Positions 1 through 10,261 are shown, numbered from the stretch's first letter. The stretch is DNA of 64,000 nt from Candidatus Entotheonellaceae bacterium (GCA_965238075.1 OZ250173.1:1920001-1984000), one strand, 5' to 3'. Notes: a model not told the origin generated them from the sequence alone. Made by a program: numbers and translations.

Positions 1-736
1 TGCACAGGTCCGGGATGCGCATTTCGAGGGTCGGGAAGCGCCCGCTGGGCCGCACGTCCCACCACAGCTCGGTGCTGTCGCGGATAATGCCGCAGCGCAC
101 CAGCACACCGACGTGGCGTTGAAATTCGCCGTAACTTTCAAACAACTCCGGCAGCCCGGTGCGCGGCAATTCGTCCCACACCGCGAGGCGGTACGACTTC
201 AGCCCGGTGTCGCGTCCCTGCCAGAACGGCGATGAGGTGCTGAGGGCGAGAAAGTGGGGCAGCACGTAGCTCACCTGGCCGATGAAATCGTTCCGCATCT
301 CGTCGCCGTCGAGGCCAACGTGCACGTGCATGCCGCTGATCAGCAGGCGCCGCGCCACCTCCTGCATTTGCGCGGTGAGGCTGTCGTAGCGTTCCTTGCG
401 GGTGCGCTGAATCTCCAGCGGCTGCGCGAACGGGTGGGTGGAGGCGGCGATGATCTCGAAGCCGTACTCGCGTACCACGTCCGAGACACCGCGGCGCAGG
501 CGCACGAGCTCGGCCCGTCCCTCCTGCACGGTGCCGCAGACGCGCGTGCCGATCTCGATCTGGCACTGCATGAGTTCGGTGGTGACCTGCTCGCCGAGCC
601 GCTCGCTGCACTTCTGCATCATGTCCGGCGGGGCTTCGTGAATGAGGTCGCGCGTCTCGCGGTCGACGACGAGATACTCCTCTTCGATGCCCATGGTGAA
701 TGGGAGGTCCGGGTAGGGTGCGGACTTACTGCTCAT
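1..736 (-). CDS. Carboxylate-amine ligase / glutamate--cysteine ligase (GCS2, YbdK family), 3' end runs off the window
   Basis: Manual minus-strand translation MSSKSAPYPDLPFTMGIEEEY...GMHVHVG...ALSTSSPFWQGRDTG...WWDVRPS..PTLEMRI; GGGAG RBS upstream. Confidence 0.9.
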   Translation of the reverse strand, partial: MSSKSAPYPDLPFTMGIEEEYLVVDRETRDLIHEAPPDMMQKCSERLGEQVTTELMQCQIEIGTRVCGTVQEGRAELVRLRRGVSDVVREYGFEIIAASTHPFAQPLEIQRTRKERYDSLTAQMQEVARRLLISGMHVHVGLDGDEMRNDFIGQVSYVLPHFLALSTSSPFWQGRDTGLKSYRLAVWDELPRTGLPELFESYGEFQRHVGVLVRCGIIRDSTELWWDVRPSGRFPTLEMRIPDLC

Positions 737-752
737 CCGATGTCTCCCTGGA

Positions 753-1934
753 TCACGCCGCGCTAACGATGTCTTGGGCGATCAGTGCGTCGATCTGCGC
801 CGCGTCGTAGCCGTGCTCGCGGAGGATGGCCGCCGTGTGCTCGCCGAGGTGCGGGGCGTGCAGCGGGTTGTCGGGATCGTAGGGGCCGACGCCGGCCGTG
901 TTGGCCAGGGGCATGGTGCCGATGTCGGGATGCTCGAACCACGTCAGGGCGCCGCTGTCGGCGGCCTGCGGGTGCGCCATGAAATCGCTGTACGTGTTGA
1001 TTCGCTCGTGCAGCAGCCCCCCGGCCGCCAAGCGCTCGCACCAGGTGTCGGATGACTGCCGGGCGATGGCTTCGCGGATGACCGGCTCCAGCGTGGCGCG
1101 CCGCTCCTCGCGCTGCACCACCGTCTTGTAGTCCGGGTGATCGCGGAACTCGGCCAGGCCGAGGATGTCGCACAGAACGGGGAAGTTGTGGTCGTGCAGG
1201 CAGATGACGTTGATAAAGCCGTCGGTGGTGGCAAAAATACCGGTCGGGTAGATGCCCAGCGGGCGCTCCGAGCCGAGCAGGTGCTCGCTGGCCAGGCTCA
1301 TGTTGTAAAGCGACGCCGCGCCGCGCAGCAGGCTGTTATCGATATGGCATCCCTCGCCCGCGGTCTGCCGCGCCCACAGGGCGGCTTGCATGGCTTGCAG
1401 GTTATACAGCGACGTGGCCAGATCGATGATCGGCACCCCGGCGCGGTGCGGGATGTTGTCGGGGCCGCGGTTGACCGACATGAAGCCCGAAAATGCCTGC
1501 AGCACGCCGTCGGTGGCGGGGCGCTCGCGCAGCGGCCCTTCCTGCCCGAAGCCGGACACCGACAGGTAGATGACGCGCGGGTTGAGGTCGGCAACCACTT
1601 TGTAGCCGAGCCCGAGGCGCTCGATGACGCCGGGCCGGAAGCCCTCCATGAAGATGTCCGCCTCGGCTGCGAGCTGGCGCACGATCGCCACGCCCTGGGT
1701 GGTTTTCAGGTCCACCACGATGCTGCGCTTGCCGAGGTTGGCGATGACGAACGAGGGCGTCATGTCGCCGAACGGCCCGTCCTTGCCCTTGGGGCGCATC
1801 CAGTCGCCGCGCTGCGGTTCGACCTTGATCACGTCGGCTCCCTGCTGAGACAGCAGTGCCGAGGCGTAGGGGCCGGCAATGCCCTGGCTCAGGTCGAGCA
1901 CCTTGACGCCGGCGTATGGCTTGGCATAGCTCAC
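753..1934 (-). CDS. CoA transferase family III (CaiB/BaiF)
   Basis: VKVLDLSQGIAGP, GADVIKVEP, NLGKRS, EGFRPG, SGFGQEGP motifs; GTG start after AAGGAGG. Confidence 0.92.
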   Translation of the reverse strand: MSYAKPYAGVKVLDLSQGIAGPYASALLSQQGADVIKVEPQRGDWMRPKGKDGPFGDMTPSFVIANLGKRSIVVDLKTTQGVAIVRQLAAEADIFMEGFRPGVIERLGLGYKVVADLNPRVIYLSVSGFGQEGPLRERPATDGVLQAFSGFMSVNRGPDNIPHRAGVPIIDLATSLYNLQAMQAALWARQTAGEGCHIDNSLLRGAASLYNMSLASEHLLGSERPLGIYPTGIFATTDGFINVICLHDHNFPVLCDILGLAEFRDHPDYKTVVQREERRATLEPVIREAIARQSSDTWCERLAAGGLLHERINTYSDFMAHPQAADSGALTWFEHPDIGTMPLANTAGVGPYDPDNPLHAPHLGEHTAAILREHGYDAAQIDALIAQDIVSAA

Positions 1935-1944
1935 GGGTTCCTCC

Positions 1945-2901
1945 TTACGACGCCACCTGCGGCAGGATGTCGGCGCAGCGCTCGAGCTGGCCGATCTGAT
2001 CCGGGCAGGCGAAGCGGATGACGATGGTTTGCGCGCCGGCCGCAACAAAGTCCCTCAGCCAAGTGATGCAGGTATCGGGCGTGCCGTAGCAGAAGCTCAT
2101 CATGCGGCCAATCACGTCGTAGGGGGCGTTGTAATAGCCCTCGGCGAACGCCTTCGTTTCCCGCTCGGCCTGGGCTGCGTCGTCGTTGATGTTGAGGGTG
2201 GTATACACGCAGCGGTGCAGTTCCTGGGGGTCGCGTCCGGCCTCGCGGGCGAAGCCGTCCAGTTGCTGCGATTGCTCGGCGAATATCTGCGGCGACAAGG
2301 GATTGGGGTACCAGCCGTCGCCGAGGCGCGCCACGCGGCGCAGGGCGTTATCGACCGAGCCGGCGATCCACATCGGGATGCCGGAGGCGTTGTACGGGCG
2401 CAGGCCGAGGCTGACGTCTTGCAACTGGAAATGGCGCCCGTTGAAGGTGACGCTGGGCTCGCGCCACAGGCGGCGCATGAGGGTCACGGTTTCCTCGAAA
2501 ATGCCCAGGCGGTGGTCGATGGAGACGCCGCAGGCCGCGAACTCGGCGCGCACCGCGGGCATCTTGGCGGCAATGCCGAGGCCGAGGATGAGACGGCCCT
2601 CGCTGAGCAGATCGAGGTTGGCGGCCTCGTTGGCCATGACGACCGGATGGCGCAGCGCCGGCAGCAGCACCGCAGTGCCCACTTTGACGCGCCGGGCGCG
2701 GGCGGCGACGGCCGCCAGGGTGGTGAAGGCTTCCAGGCGCGGCCGCGCGAGGATGCTGTCGCCCGCCCAAACCGAGTCGAAGTTCAGCGCTTCGGCGCGT
2801 TCGGCCAGGTCGATGATCCCGCTCACGTCGGGGGTTGACTGGTTCATGACGAGCTCGCGGGTCGGCAGCAGAAAGCCGTAGGAAACCGCAGAATCGGGCA
2901 T
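1945..2901 (-). CDS. LLM-class flavin (probably F420)-dependent oxidoreductase
   Basis: AERAEALNFDSVWAGDS, GTAVLLPALRHP, GRLILGLG, ARLGDGW; start placed after AAAAGGAG. Confidence 0.88.
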   Translation of the reverse strand: MPDSAVSYGFLLPTRELVMNQSTPDVSGIIDLAERAEALNFDSVWAGDSILARPRLEAFTTLAAVAARARRVKVGTAVLLPALRHPVVMANEAANLDLLSEGRLILGLGIAAKMPAVRAEFAACGVSIDHRLGIFEETVTLMRRLWREPSVTFNGRHFQLQDVSLGLRPYNASGIPMWIAGSVDNALRRVARLGDGWYPNPLSPQIFAEQSQQLDGFAREAGRDPQELHRCVYTTLNINDDAAQAERETKAFAEGYYNAPYDVIGRMMSFCYGTPDTCITWLRDFVAAGAQTIVIRFACPDQIGQLERCADILPQVAS

Positions 2902-3132
2902 TCTGAAAAACTCCTTTTGGGCCATTTATGTGGAGAGGGTGGTGCCGTAGAACGGGCGCGCATCGTAGCAGATTGTCCGCAGCGCCTCCACCGCGTGCTG
3001 CCGGGAACGACGGTGAGGGGGAAAGCCGCAGTGAGACACGACCCGCTGACGGCGCCCGGCTATCGACAGGACCGGGCCCTGTGATACCATTCCCGCCGAC
3101 GCCATCGCACAACCTCTCACCCAGGAATTCTT

Positions 3133-4116
3133 ATGAATACCAATCGTTCTGCCGTATGGGCCTTGGCCGGCGTTGCCGTGGGATTCGGCCTGCCGATTGT
3201 GGCGCTTATCGGCCTCATTCTCGCGGTGGGACTCGGCGCCGCGCAACTCACCGGCGGCGCCATGCCGTCTGCCGCCCGCTACACACAGATTTCCGGGCCG
3301 GAAAGCGGGCCGGCGATAGCGGTGCTCGACGTTGCCGGACCCATCGTCAGCGGCAGCAGGTCGTCGTTTGAAACCCGCGCCGTAGCGGCCTCGGGCGACC
3401 TCGTGCCGCTGATCCGCCGCGCCGCGCGCAACCCGGACGTCGCCGTGCTGGTGCTGCGCCTCAACAGCCCCGGCGGCTCGGTCGTGGGCTCGGACGAAAT
3501 CTACCACGCCCTGCGCGAGACGCAGAAGCCCGTGGTGGCGTTCCTGCAGGAGGTGGCCGCTTCCGGGGCGTACTACATCAGCATGGCCGCCGGGCACATC
3601 GTTGCCAACCCGAACTCGCTCACCGGCTCGATCGGCGTCATCGGCCAGTTTCCCAACGCCGAGGCGCTGATGGAAAAGATCGGCGTGCAGGTCACCACCA
3701 TCAAATCCGGCAAATCCAAGGACATCGGTAACCCGTTCCGGGCCATGAGTGACGAGGAGCAGGGCATTTTTCAGGACATCGTGGACGAGACCTACGCGCG
3801 CTTCGTGGACATTGTGGCGCGCGGCCGCAACCTGCCGGAGGACGAGGTGCGCGAGTTGGCCGACGGCCGCATCTATACCGGCCAGAAGGCCCTGGAACTG
3901 GGCCTGGTGGACGCCCTCGGCTACCAGCAGGACGCCATCGACGCCGCTGCCCGGCTGGGCAACATTGACGGCGAGCCGCGCGTGTTACATTACCGCCGGC
4001 GGGGCGGCTTCCTTGACCTGATCGGCGCCAGCGGCTGGATCGCCGGCGCGGCGTCGCCGCGACGCTGGCTCAGACGCCTAATGGCGCCGTCCTTGGAATA
4101 CCGCTGGGAGCCGTGA
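3133..4116 (+). CDS. sppA: Signal peptide peptidase SppA (S49, 36K type)
   Basis: N-terminal TM; LNSPGGSV, AASGAYY, TGSIGVI, DGRIYTG..A...GLVD motifs. Confidence 0.92.
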   Translation: MNTNRSAVWALAGVAVGFGLPIVALIGLILAVGLGAAQLTGGAMPSAARYTQISGPESGPAIAVLDVAGPIVSGSRSSFETRAVAASGDLVPLIRRAARNPDVAVLVLRLNSPGGSVVGSDEIYHALRETQKPVVAFLQEVAASGAYYISMAAGHIVANPNSLTGSIGVIGQFPNAEALMEKIGVQVTTIKSGKSKDIGNPFRAMSDEEQGIFQDIVDETYARFVDIVARGRNLPEDEVRELADGRIYTGQKALELGLVDALGYQQDAIDAAARLGNIDGEPRVLHYRRRGGFLDLIGASGWIAGAASPRRWLRRLMAPSLEYRWEP

Positions 4117-4183
4117 GCTTCGCAAACGCGATCCGATGTCTTCCCTTCGATAAACGTACCCGAGCCCCATTAGGAGACAGCCC

Positions 4184-5557
4184 ATGACGGCCAGCAGCAA
4201 GCACGACATGACGATTGAGCAGGAGTACGCGGCGCGCTTTCCGCAGTCGCAGCAGTTGCACCGCGAGGCGGCGGCGCACCTGCCCGGCGGCGTCACGCAC
4301 ATGGCGCGGTCGTTCGAGCCGTTTCCGATCTACGTCGACCGCTGCGTCGGGCCGTACAAGTGGGACGTGGACGGCAACCGCTACATCGACTACTGGACCG
4401 GCCACGGCGCCATGCTGCTGGGGCACGCCCACCCCGCAGTGGTCGAGGCGATCCAGGAGCAGGCGGCCAAGGGCACGCACGCCGGGGGCAGCACGCGGCG
4501 CGAGATCGAGTGGGCGCAACTGATCATGGATATGGTGCCGTGCGCCGAGTCGGTGAAATTCACCAGCTCCGGCACCGAGGCGACCCTGCTGGCCCTGCGC
4601 GCGGCGCGGGCGGCAACCGGCAAGAGCAAGATCATCAAATTCGAGGGGCATTTTCACGGCTGGCACGACTACGTGGCTTGCGGCGTCGTGGAGCCGTTTG
4701 ACGTGCCGCTGTCGGCCGGCATCCCGGAGGCGGTGCAGGACACGGTCATCTTGGTGCCGTTCAACGATCCCGACGCCTTGAACGCGGCGCTGGACACCTC
4801 GGACGACATCGCCGCGGTGATCGCCGAGCCGGGCGGCTCTTACGACGACACGGTGCCGTCCAACCCGGCCTTTCTCGCCCATCTGCGGGCCGAGACGGCG
4901 CGCCGCGGCGTGGTGCTGATTTTCGATGAGGTGGTGACAGGCTTTCGCTACGCAGTCGGCGGTGCGCAGGAGTATTTCGATATCATGCCGGACATGACGA
5001 CGTTGGCCAAGGTGATGGCCGGCGGGCTGAACGGCGGCGCAGTGGTCGGACGGCGGGACATCATGGCGGTGTTCGAGCCCACGGCGGATGCGCATTGGAA
5101 CCGTTACCAGATGGTGCCGCATCCGGGGACCTTCAACGCCAATCCGCTTTCCGCCGCGGCCGGCGTTGCGGCCCTCCAGATCATCGCCAGCGGCGCGCCC
5201 ACCAATCACGCTCAGGAAATGATGGACCTGATGAAGCGCGGCTTCAACGAGGTGCTCACCCGCCGCGGCGTGCCGGGTTGTGCCTACGGGCGCGCCTCGA
5301 TCTTCAAGACGTACATCGGCGCCGCGGCGCCGCGCCTCACCCGCCTCGATTTCAGCAACCTCAAGGACGACACCGCCACCCTGCTGCGCGGCACGCCCCT
5401 CACCCCCCTGCTGCGCAAGGGCATGCTGCTCAACGGCGTCGATATGATGCGCGCCGCCGGCTTCCTCTCAGCCGCCCATACCCCCGAAATCGTTGAGGAA
5501 ACGGTGCAGGCGTTTGATCGCACCCTGGCCCGCATGCAGGCGGAGGGCGCGGTGTAG
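4184..5557 (+). CDS. Class III PLP aminotransferase, glutamate-1-semialdehyde aminomutase-like
   Basis: WDVDGNRYID, SSGTEAT, KFEGHFHG, LIFDEVVTGFR, LAKVMAGG, GTFNANP. Confidence 0.88.
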   Translation: MTASSKHDMTIEQEYAARFPQSQQLHREAAAHLPGGVTHMARSFEPFPIYVDRCVGPYKWDVDGNRYIDYWTGHGAMLLGHAHPAVVEAIQEQAAKGTHAGGSTRREIEWAQLIMDMVPCAESVKFTSSGTEATLLALRAARAATGKSKIIKFEGHFHGWHDYVACGVVEPFDVPLSAGIPEAVQDTVILVPFNDPDALNAALDTSDDIAAVIAEPGGSYDDTVPSNPAFLAHLRAETARRGVVLIFDEVVTGFRYAVGGAQEYFDIMPDMTTLAKVMAGGLNGGAVVGRRDIMAVFEPTADAHWNRYQMVPHPGTFNANPLSAAAGVAALQIIASGAPTNHAQEMMDLMKRGFNEVLTRRGVPGCAYGRASIFKTYIGAAAPRLTRLDFSNLKDDTATLLRGTPLTPLLRKGMLLNGVDMMRAAGFLSAAHTPEIVEETVQAFDRTLARMQAEGAV

Positions 5558-5574
5558 GCCGGGTTGGCGTTGCG

Positions 5575-5679
5575 CAAGCCGCCGCATCCCGGCGGGATCG
5601 TGAAACGACAATGCTTAGAACCCTTGGGCCTGTCCGTAACGCGGGCTGCCGAGGGGTTGGGCGTGGCACAGCAAACGCT
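5575..5679 (+). pseudogene. Orphan 5' fragment of higA
   Basis: Near-identical to 29640-29745 ([29 protein letters not shown]); no start codon, truncated. Confidence 0.85.
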
Positions 5680-5873
5680 AACCCATTGCCCAACGCCCCT
5701 TTCCCCGCTTCTCAATACTTGAGGGCAATCTGAGCGGACGCCCAGCGGGTGTCTTGGCCTTTGAACACGTCGCCGCCGTCATATAGGCGTAGCCGAAAAA
5801 AGCGACCAATGGTCGCCAATGCGGTAGCTCACCACCACGTCCGCTTCCATTCGCGAATAAGCCGAAAACCCCT

Positions 5874-6737
5874 TCAACCGACCCCGTGGCTGCTGCCGTA
5901 CCCGTTGCTGGACAACGGCTGCCAGCTCGCCAGATGCTCTGCCCGCGGGCGGTGGATTTCGATGCGCAGCGGATGGCACGTCGAAGCGTCGCTGGAGTGG
6001 CCGGTACCGCAATCGCCGCCCGGACAGCTGGACAGCGCCGCCAGCAGATCGATTTCGGCGAACAGCTCGATGAAATCCCCCGCCCGCGAAGGGCTCGCCT
6101 TCATGAAGTACTGGTTCGTGTCGCGCGTGTAGCCGGTACACATGAAGACATTGACCACGTCGTGCACATGCGTTTCGGCCTCGGCGAGCGGCAGGTTCCT
6201 CGCCGCGGCCAGGGCTCGAGTGAGATTCGAATGGCAGCAATAATGGTAGTTGCCGCCCGTCAGCAGAAAATTCGTGTAGGGATCGCAGCGGGTGCCGATG
6301 ACGTCATGCACGCCGGCGCCGAACTCGTCGATGCCGTACCAGTCCAGGGTATCGTGGGTGATGGTCGCCATCGGGCGCAGCCATGGAAAGGTGCTCCACA
6401 GCCGGTCACCGGTGCTGACGTGGGTCGCGTGCAGGGCACGGGTCTTGCCGCTGTAGAACCGCTCGCGGAGGTCGGAGGCGTTCCACAGGTTCAGGTCGCC
6501 GACCTGCGAGCCTTCGGCGGTGATGATGCGAAACAGATGTCCGGCCGGGACCTCGAATGCCCGTGCATCGCGAGGCGGCACGGTCAACTCCTGCACCAGG
6601 GTGAGGTCGCTTCGAACCGTCTCGTAGAACGTCCGATCGAACGGTGGAAGTCTGTCCAGGGTGTAGACCGTCACGGGTTCGATCGCCCGCCGAGCAGCCG
6701 CGTCGGCAGGTTCGGGATTCTGCGCTGCAATTGCCAT
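5874..6737 (-). CDS. DUF1989 / urea carboxylase-associated family protein
   Basis: QVGDLNLWN, HDVIGTRCDPY, CCHSNL, HDVVNVFMCTG, SSCPGGDC. Confidence 0.88.
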   Translation of the reverse strand: MAIAAQNPEPADAAARRAIEPVTVYTLDRLPPFDRTFYETVRSDLTLVQELTVPPRDARAFEVPAGHLFRIITAEGSQVGDLNLWNASDLRERFYSGKTRALHATHVSTGDRLWSTFPWLRPMATITHDTLDWYGIDEFGAGVHDVIGTRCDPYTNFLLTGGNYHYCCHSNLTRALAAARNLPLAEAETHVHDVVNVFMCTGYTRDTNQYFMKASPSRAGDFIELFAEIDLLAALSSCPGGDCGTGHSSDASTCHPLRIEIHRPRAEHLASWQPLSSNGYGSSHGVG

Positions 6738-6822
6738 GGTTTGCTCCGGTTACTCGATGTGGCACGCCCGGGGGCCACGAGGAAGAGTAGCGCTACGGCG
6801 TGCTCCGACCGCTACCACTGCG

Positions 6823-6973
6823 AGGGGAGTACCAAAAAGCGTGGGACATTCAGGGGCGCACGGTTCAGGTTCGGACGCTCTGTCCCAGATACCTTCGGTC
6901 CTTGGTGCCGCGGCTCGAATTTCTCTTACCCACACAGATCCGTACTCCCGCCCCCACTTTTTGGTACTCTCCT
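6823..6973. mobile_element. Putative MITE (~150 bp) with ~21-bp terminal inverted repeats
   Basis: AGGGGAGTACCAAAAAGCGTGGG (6823-6845) vs reverse complement of 6953-6973, AGGAGAGTACCAAAAAGTGGG; no ORF inside; no TSD seen. Confidence 0.7.
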
Positions 6974-7044
6974 ATGACCTGAGATTGACCCAGGACTTCC
7001 TGGGGCATCGCGACCCCACACCCGCCAAGAAAGCAAGAGGTACA

Positions 7045-7221
7045 GGACATGTCGAGAACACTGATTTCCTCGTTTCCGACCGCGGCCTGGTTCCCCGAGC
7101 GCTGGCGTGTGTCGGCAGCTATTTGCGCGACATTCGTCCTGCGGCGACGATGATGGTAGCAGGCTTGATCGAAGAGGAGATGAAGATCGAGATCGAGTTG
7201 ACGGCACTTCGCCAAAGTTGA
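7045..7221 (+). pseudogene. RidA/YjgF family C-terminal fragment
   Basis: ...LRDIRPAATMMVAGLIEEEMKIEIELTA; N-terminus missing. Confidence 0.75.
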
Positions 7222-7318
7222 CCTGTCCCAACCCGAGGCCATCTGGCCCAAGACGAGCCGGCAACGTAAGTCCAAGTATTTGCCATGTCGGGTACAAACC
7301 AAGCTGAGGACAAAGGCA

Positions 7319-8143
7319 ATGAGATTCTTGAAGAATGTGGGTAAGCACGGGCTGCTGGGACTGTGCATCGTCATCGGGGTCATCGTTTGCAGCAACACGA
7401 GCGGCATGTCTCAGGGTGATGCCGAGGGCGGCGCGACAGCATCGGCTATGGAATCAATGCCAATCGGATGCAGCCGCGGACACGACATCAGGCCCGGAGA
7501 TGCCTGCGCATGGACGCTCGAGGGAGATGAGGTCGAGATTCATGCCGCGATGGACGGCTGCGCTCAGGTGAGCTTGAGGAAGGTTGGGCAATCCGATCCC
7601 GAGCCTGGACCTCGGCTGTGCCCGGGAGGCTCGGACTATTCCAAGCGCGGTCTTTCTGAAGCGCACGCCGGCGAGACGATTGTCGCGTCAGCCATGGACG
7701 CACCGATGTGTGGGATGATCTCGATCTCAGGCCTCAGTGTCGACTTCAATGGTACCGATATCCACATATGGCCGGGACTGGACCTGAACCAACTGGTCGT
7801 GCACTGGAACGGCGCGCACTGGTCCGTGAAGGAGACGCCGAGCCAGGAATGGATCCATCCGAGGCGTGTTGTCGAAGTGCCTGCCTGCCAGCCCGGACAG
7901 CGCCTGAGATCGAATGACGTCTGTCGTTACGAAGGACACGTTGCCGTGATCGGCCGCCAAGGCAACCGGGTCGACGTGTGGGAAAATGGCAAGGATCAGC
8001 CGGAGAGGTGGGTGGTAGATCCGAATGGGTCCTGCTACGTCATGGCGTCCATGAGCGCTCGTTCCTTTTCATCGCTCGCGTTCGCGGGTCTCCGCCTGAT
8101 TTGGGATGACGCCGAAAGTACGTGGACAGTCGTCGCGCCGTGA
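7319..8143 (+). CDS. Secreted/membrane-anchored cysteine-rich hypothetical protein with two internal repeats
   Basis: Hydrophobic N-terminus; repeats CSRGHDIRPGDAC / CQPGQRLRSNDVC. Confidence 0.6.
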   Translation: MRFLKNVGKHGLLGLCIVIGVIVCSNTSGMSQGDAEGGATASAMESMPIGCSRGHDIRPGDACAWTLEGDEVEIHAAMDGCAQVSLRKVGQSDPEPGPRLCPGGSDYSKRGLSEAHAGETIVASAMDAPMCGMISISGLSVDFNGTDIHIWPGLDLNQLVVHWNGAHWSVKETPSQEWIHPRRVVEVPACQPGQRLRSNDVCRYEGHVAVIGRQGNRVDVWENGKDQPERWVVDPNGSCYVMASMSARSFSSLAFAGLRLIWDDAESTWTVVAP

Positions 8144-8147
8144 TCGA

Positions 8148-8204
8148 CCGGTTGGACAGGGCAAGCAGAGCGCGGAGTTGGCTAACAGTGCTGTTCCGCT
8201 GCCG
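8148..8204 (+). repeat. ~57-bp dispersed repeat, copy 1
   Basis: Differs from copy 2 (18943-18999) at two positions. Confidence 0.85.
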
Positions 8205-8809
8205 CAACGGGAGTCGCGAGCCCCGACCGCTCGATCTCGCCGTGACGCGGGCGAGGCTTCGGGGGCTACGGGCTGCGGCTTTCCTTGCGCTATGCCTTCT
8301 GAGACGAAGGACGGGACGGATAGAGATCGACCGGACGCTGTTCATGACGGCCTCCGGCCGCGATGTCGACTACCAGGGGCGTCATCGCAAGGTTTGTACC
8401 CAGAATTACCCTTCAGGGGGGGCAGTACGACGTGACAAGGGGCAAAAACGGCCCCCTGTGGGGAATGTCCGTCGACTTTGGCCCCAGGAATTCGGTCAGG
8501 TCTTCGCCTCCAGAGAGGCAACCCCGGCCTTTTGTCCCTGTCGTCCCAAATTCCCCCGCCTCACTCCGCCCGGGCAGCTTGTGAGGGCCTCCTGAGGGTC
8601 TGCGATCCGGACCGTGGTCAGCCCCGCTTTCAGCGCTTTGCGCCGCGGAATCTCCCACTTACACCCCACCCAGGGCCTGATAGTCGTCCTTTCAGGCCTT
8701 TTCCGTCCCACCCTTTTGAGGCAAGGTCTACGTCCTTATTAGGGGTGGAGATTTTGCGGTGGGACGCCGATCGCGACTGCCGTTTGGTCCAGCAACGGCG
8801 CGGATCCAA

Positions 8810-8838
8810 CTTTTACATAATGGGGCCTTATCAGAAGT
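8810..8838 (-). other. dif-like XerC/XerD site (7-bp spacer)
   Basis: Minus strand ACTTCTGATAA-GGCCCCA-TTATGTAAAAG. Confidence 0.55.
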
Positions 8839-8917
8839 GAATTGAATCACGATCACGAAGCGTCGACCCGAGGGCACTCGTCTACGTAGAACTTCCGCCG
8901 GACCTGCCGGTTCCCCC

Positions 8918-9480
8918 TGACCGGCCCCCATGGAGTGGTCCAGCCCGAATGTTAGTTCATAGACAGTGTCGGCTCCAATGAATACCTGACAGGGCTTGTT
9001 AGAACACCCTGGATTGGCCACAGACCGTCAGGCTGCCGGGTTGCCCGCTCAGCCAACGCCGGCACCACCACTTCCGGCGCCGGCGATCGATAGCCAAGCG
9101 AGCCATGCGGCCTCACCCTGCTGTAGTGCCGACGTCAACTCTCAATCACGACCTGTGCCTCCCGCAACGTGTAGAAGATCTCACCATTCAGTAGCTCGTC
9201 ACGCAGCCGCGCATTGAAACTCTCCACATAGCCGTTCTCCCATGAACTGCCAGGCGCAATGTAGGCCGTCCTGGCACCCAGCGCGGCGATCCACTCTTGC
9301 ACGGCTTGGGCGATGAACTCCGGACCATTGTCGGAGTGGATGTACCCCGGCACACCCCGCAGCATGAACAACTCCGACAGCAGCTCGATGACGTCGACTG
9401 ACTTGAGCCGCCGCGCCACCGCATGGCAAGACATTCACGCGTGTACTCGTCAACCAAGTTGAGCACGGCAATGCCCGCTC
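8918..9480 (-). mobile_element. Truncated IS3-family element (3' part of orfB plus terminal IR)
   Basis: [27 protein letters not shown] integrase core; IR TGACCGGCCCCCATGGAGTGGTCCA at 8918. Confidence 0.9.
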
Positions 9481-9502
9481 CGGTCATCGACCAGGACGGC
9501 TT

Positions 9503-10261
9503 CTACTGCGCCACCCAGCCGCCGTCCACGACGAGCTCGCTGCCCGTCACGAAGCGGGACTCGTCGGAGGCCAGGTAGAGAACGGCGTAACCCACGTCGT
9601 CGGGCTGGCCGAATCTACCGAGCGGTACCCGCGACAGCATCGACTGGTAGGCGTTGGGGTCGGACCGCCGCCTTTCGTTCATGGGTGTAGCGATCGGACC
9701 GGGATGAACGGAGTTGACCCGTATACCCTCTTTGGCGTACTGAAGGGCGGTCAATTTGGTCAAGGTGCGCACTGCGCCTTTCGAAGCCTGATATTGCGGG
9801 GTGCTATCGATCGCACCCACCAGCCCATATTGGGAGGAAATGTTAATGATGGAGCCGCCTCCTGAGTTGCGCATCTCCGGTATGGCCACCTTGGTCCCCA
9901 GAAATACGCCCTTGGCGTTGATGTCCATTACCCTGTCCCAGTCTGCCTCGGAGGTTTCTTCCACCAAGCTGCTAACGACGCTGATGCCGGCGTTGTTGAC
10001 CAGGACGTGCAGCCCGCCGAAGCGGGACGTGGTGACAGCGACGGCTTCGTGCCAATTGGCCTCGCTGGTCACGTCCAGGTGAACGAAGACGCAGGCCCCG
10101 CCGCTTTCGTTAATCTCAGCCTCCACTTGGCGGCCTTGGTCGTCCAGGACGTCGCCAATTGCGACCTTGGCGCCTTCCTTGGCGAACAGTCGAGCCTCGG
10201 CGGCGCCCATGCCGCGAGCACCGCCACTGATGAATGCTACCTTCCCGTCAAGTCTGCCCAT
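9503..10261 (-). CDS. SDR family oxidoreductase (3-alpha/20-beta-HSD or cyclopentanol dehydrogenase-like)
   Basis: SGGARGMG, NNAG, YQASKG, VNSVHPG, VVDGG. Confidence 0.92.
   Translation of the reverse strand: MGRLDGKVAFISGGARGMGAAEARLFAKEGAKVAIGDVLDDQGRQVEAEINESGGACVFVHLDVTSEANWHEAVAVTTSRFGGLHVLVNNAGISVVSSLVEETSEADWDRVMDINAKGVFLGTKVAIPEMRNSGGGSIINISSQYGLVGAIDSTPQYQASKGAVRTLTKLTALQYAKEGIRVNSVHPGPIATPMNERRRSDPNAYQSMLSRVPLGRFGQPDDVGYAVLYLASDESRFVTGSELVVDGGWVAQ

Noticed and set aside
6738-6822. Guanidine riboswitch upstream of the DUF1989 gene
   Set aside because: No ykkC, mini-ykkC or ykkC-III consensus recognisable.
8148-8204. Integron attC site
   Set aside because: GGCTAAC/GTTAGCC do not fit RYYYAAC...GTTRRRY pairing, the hairpin is weak, and no intI is present.
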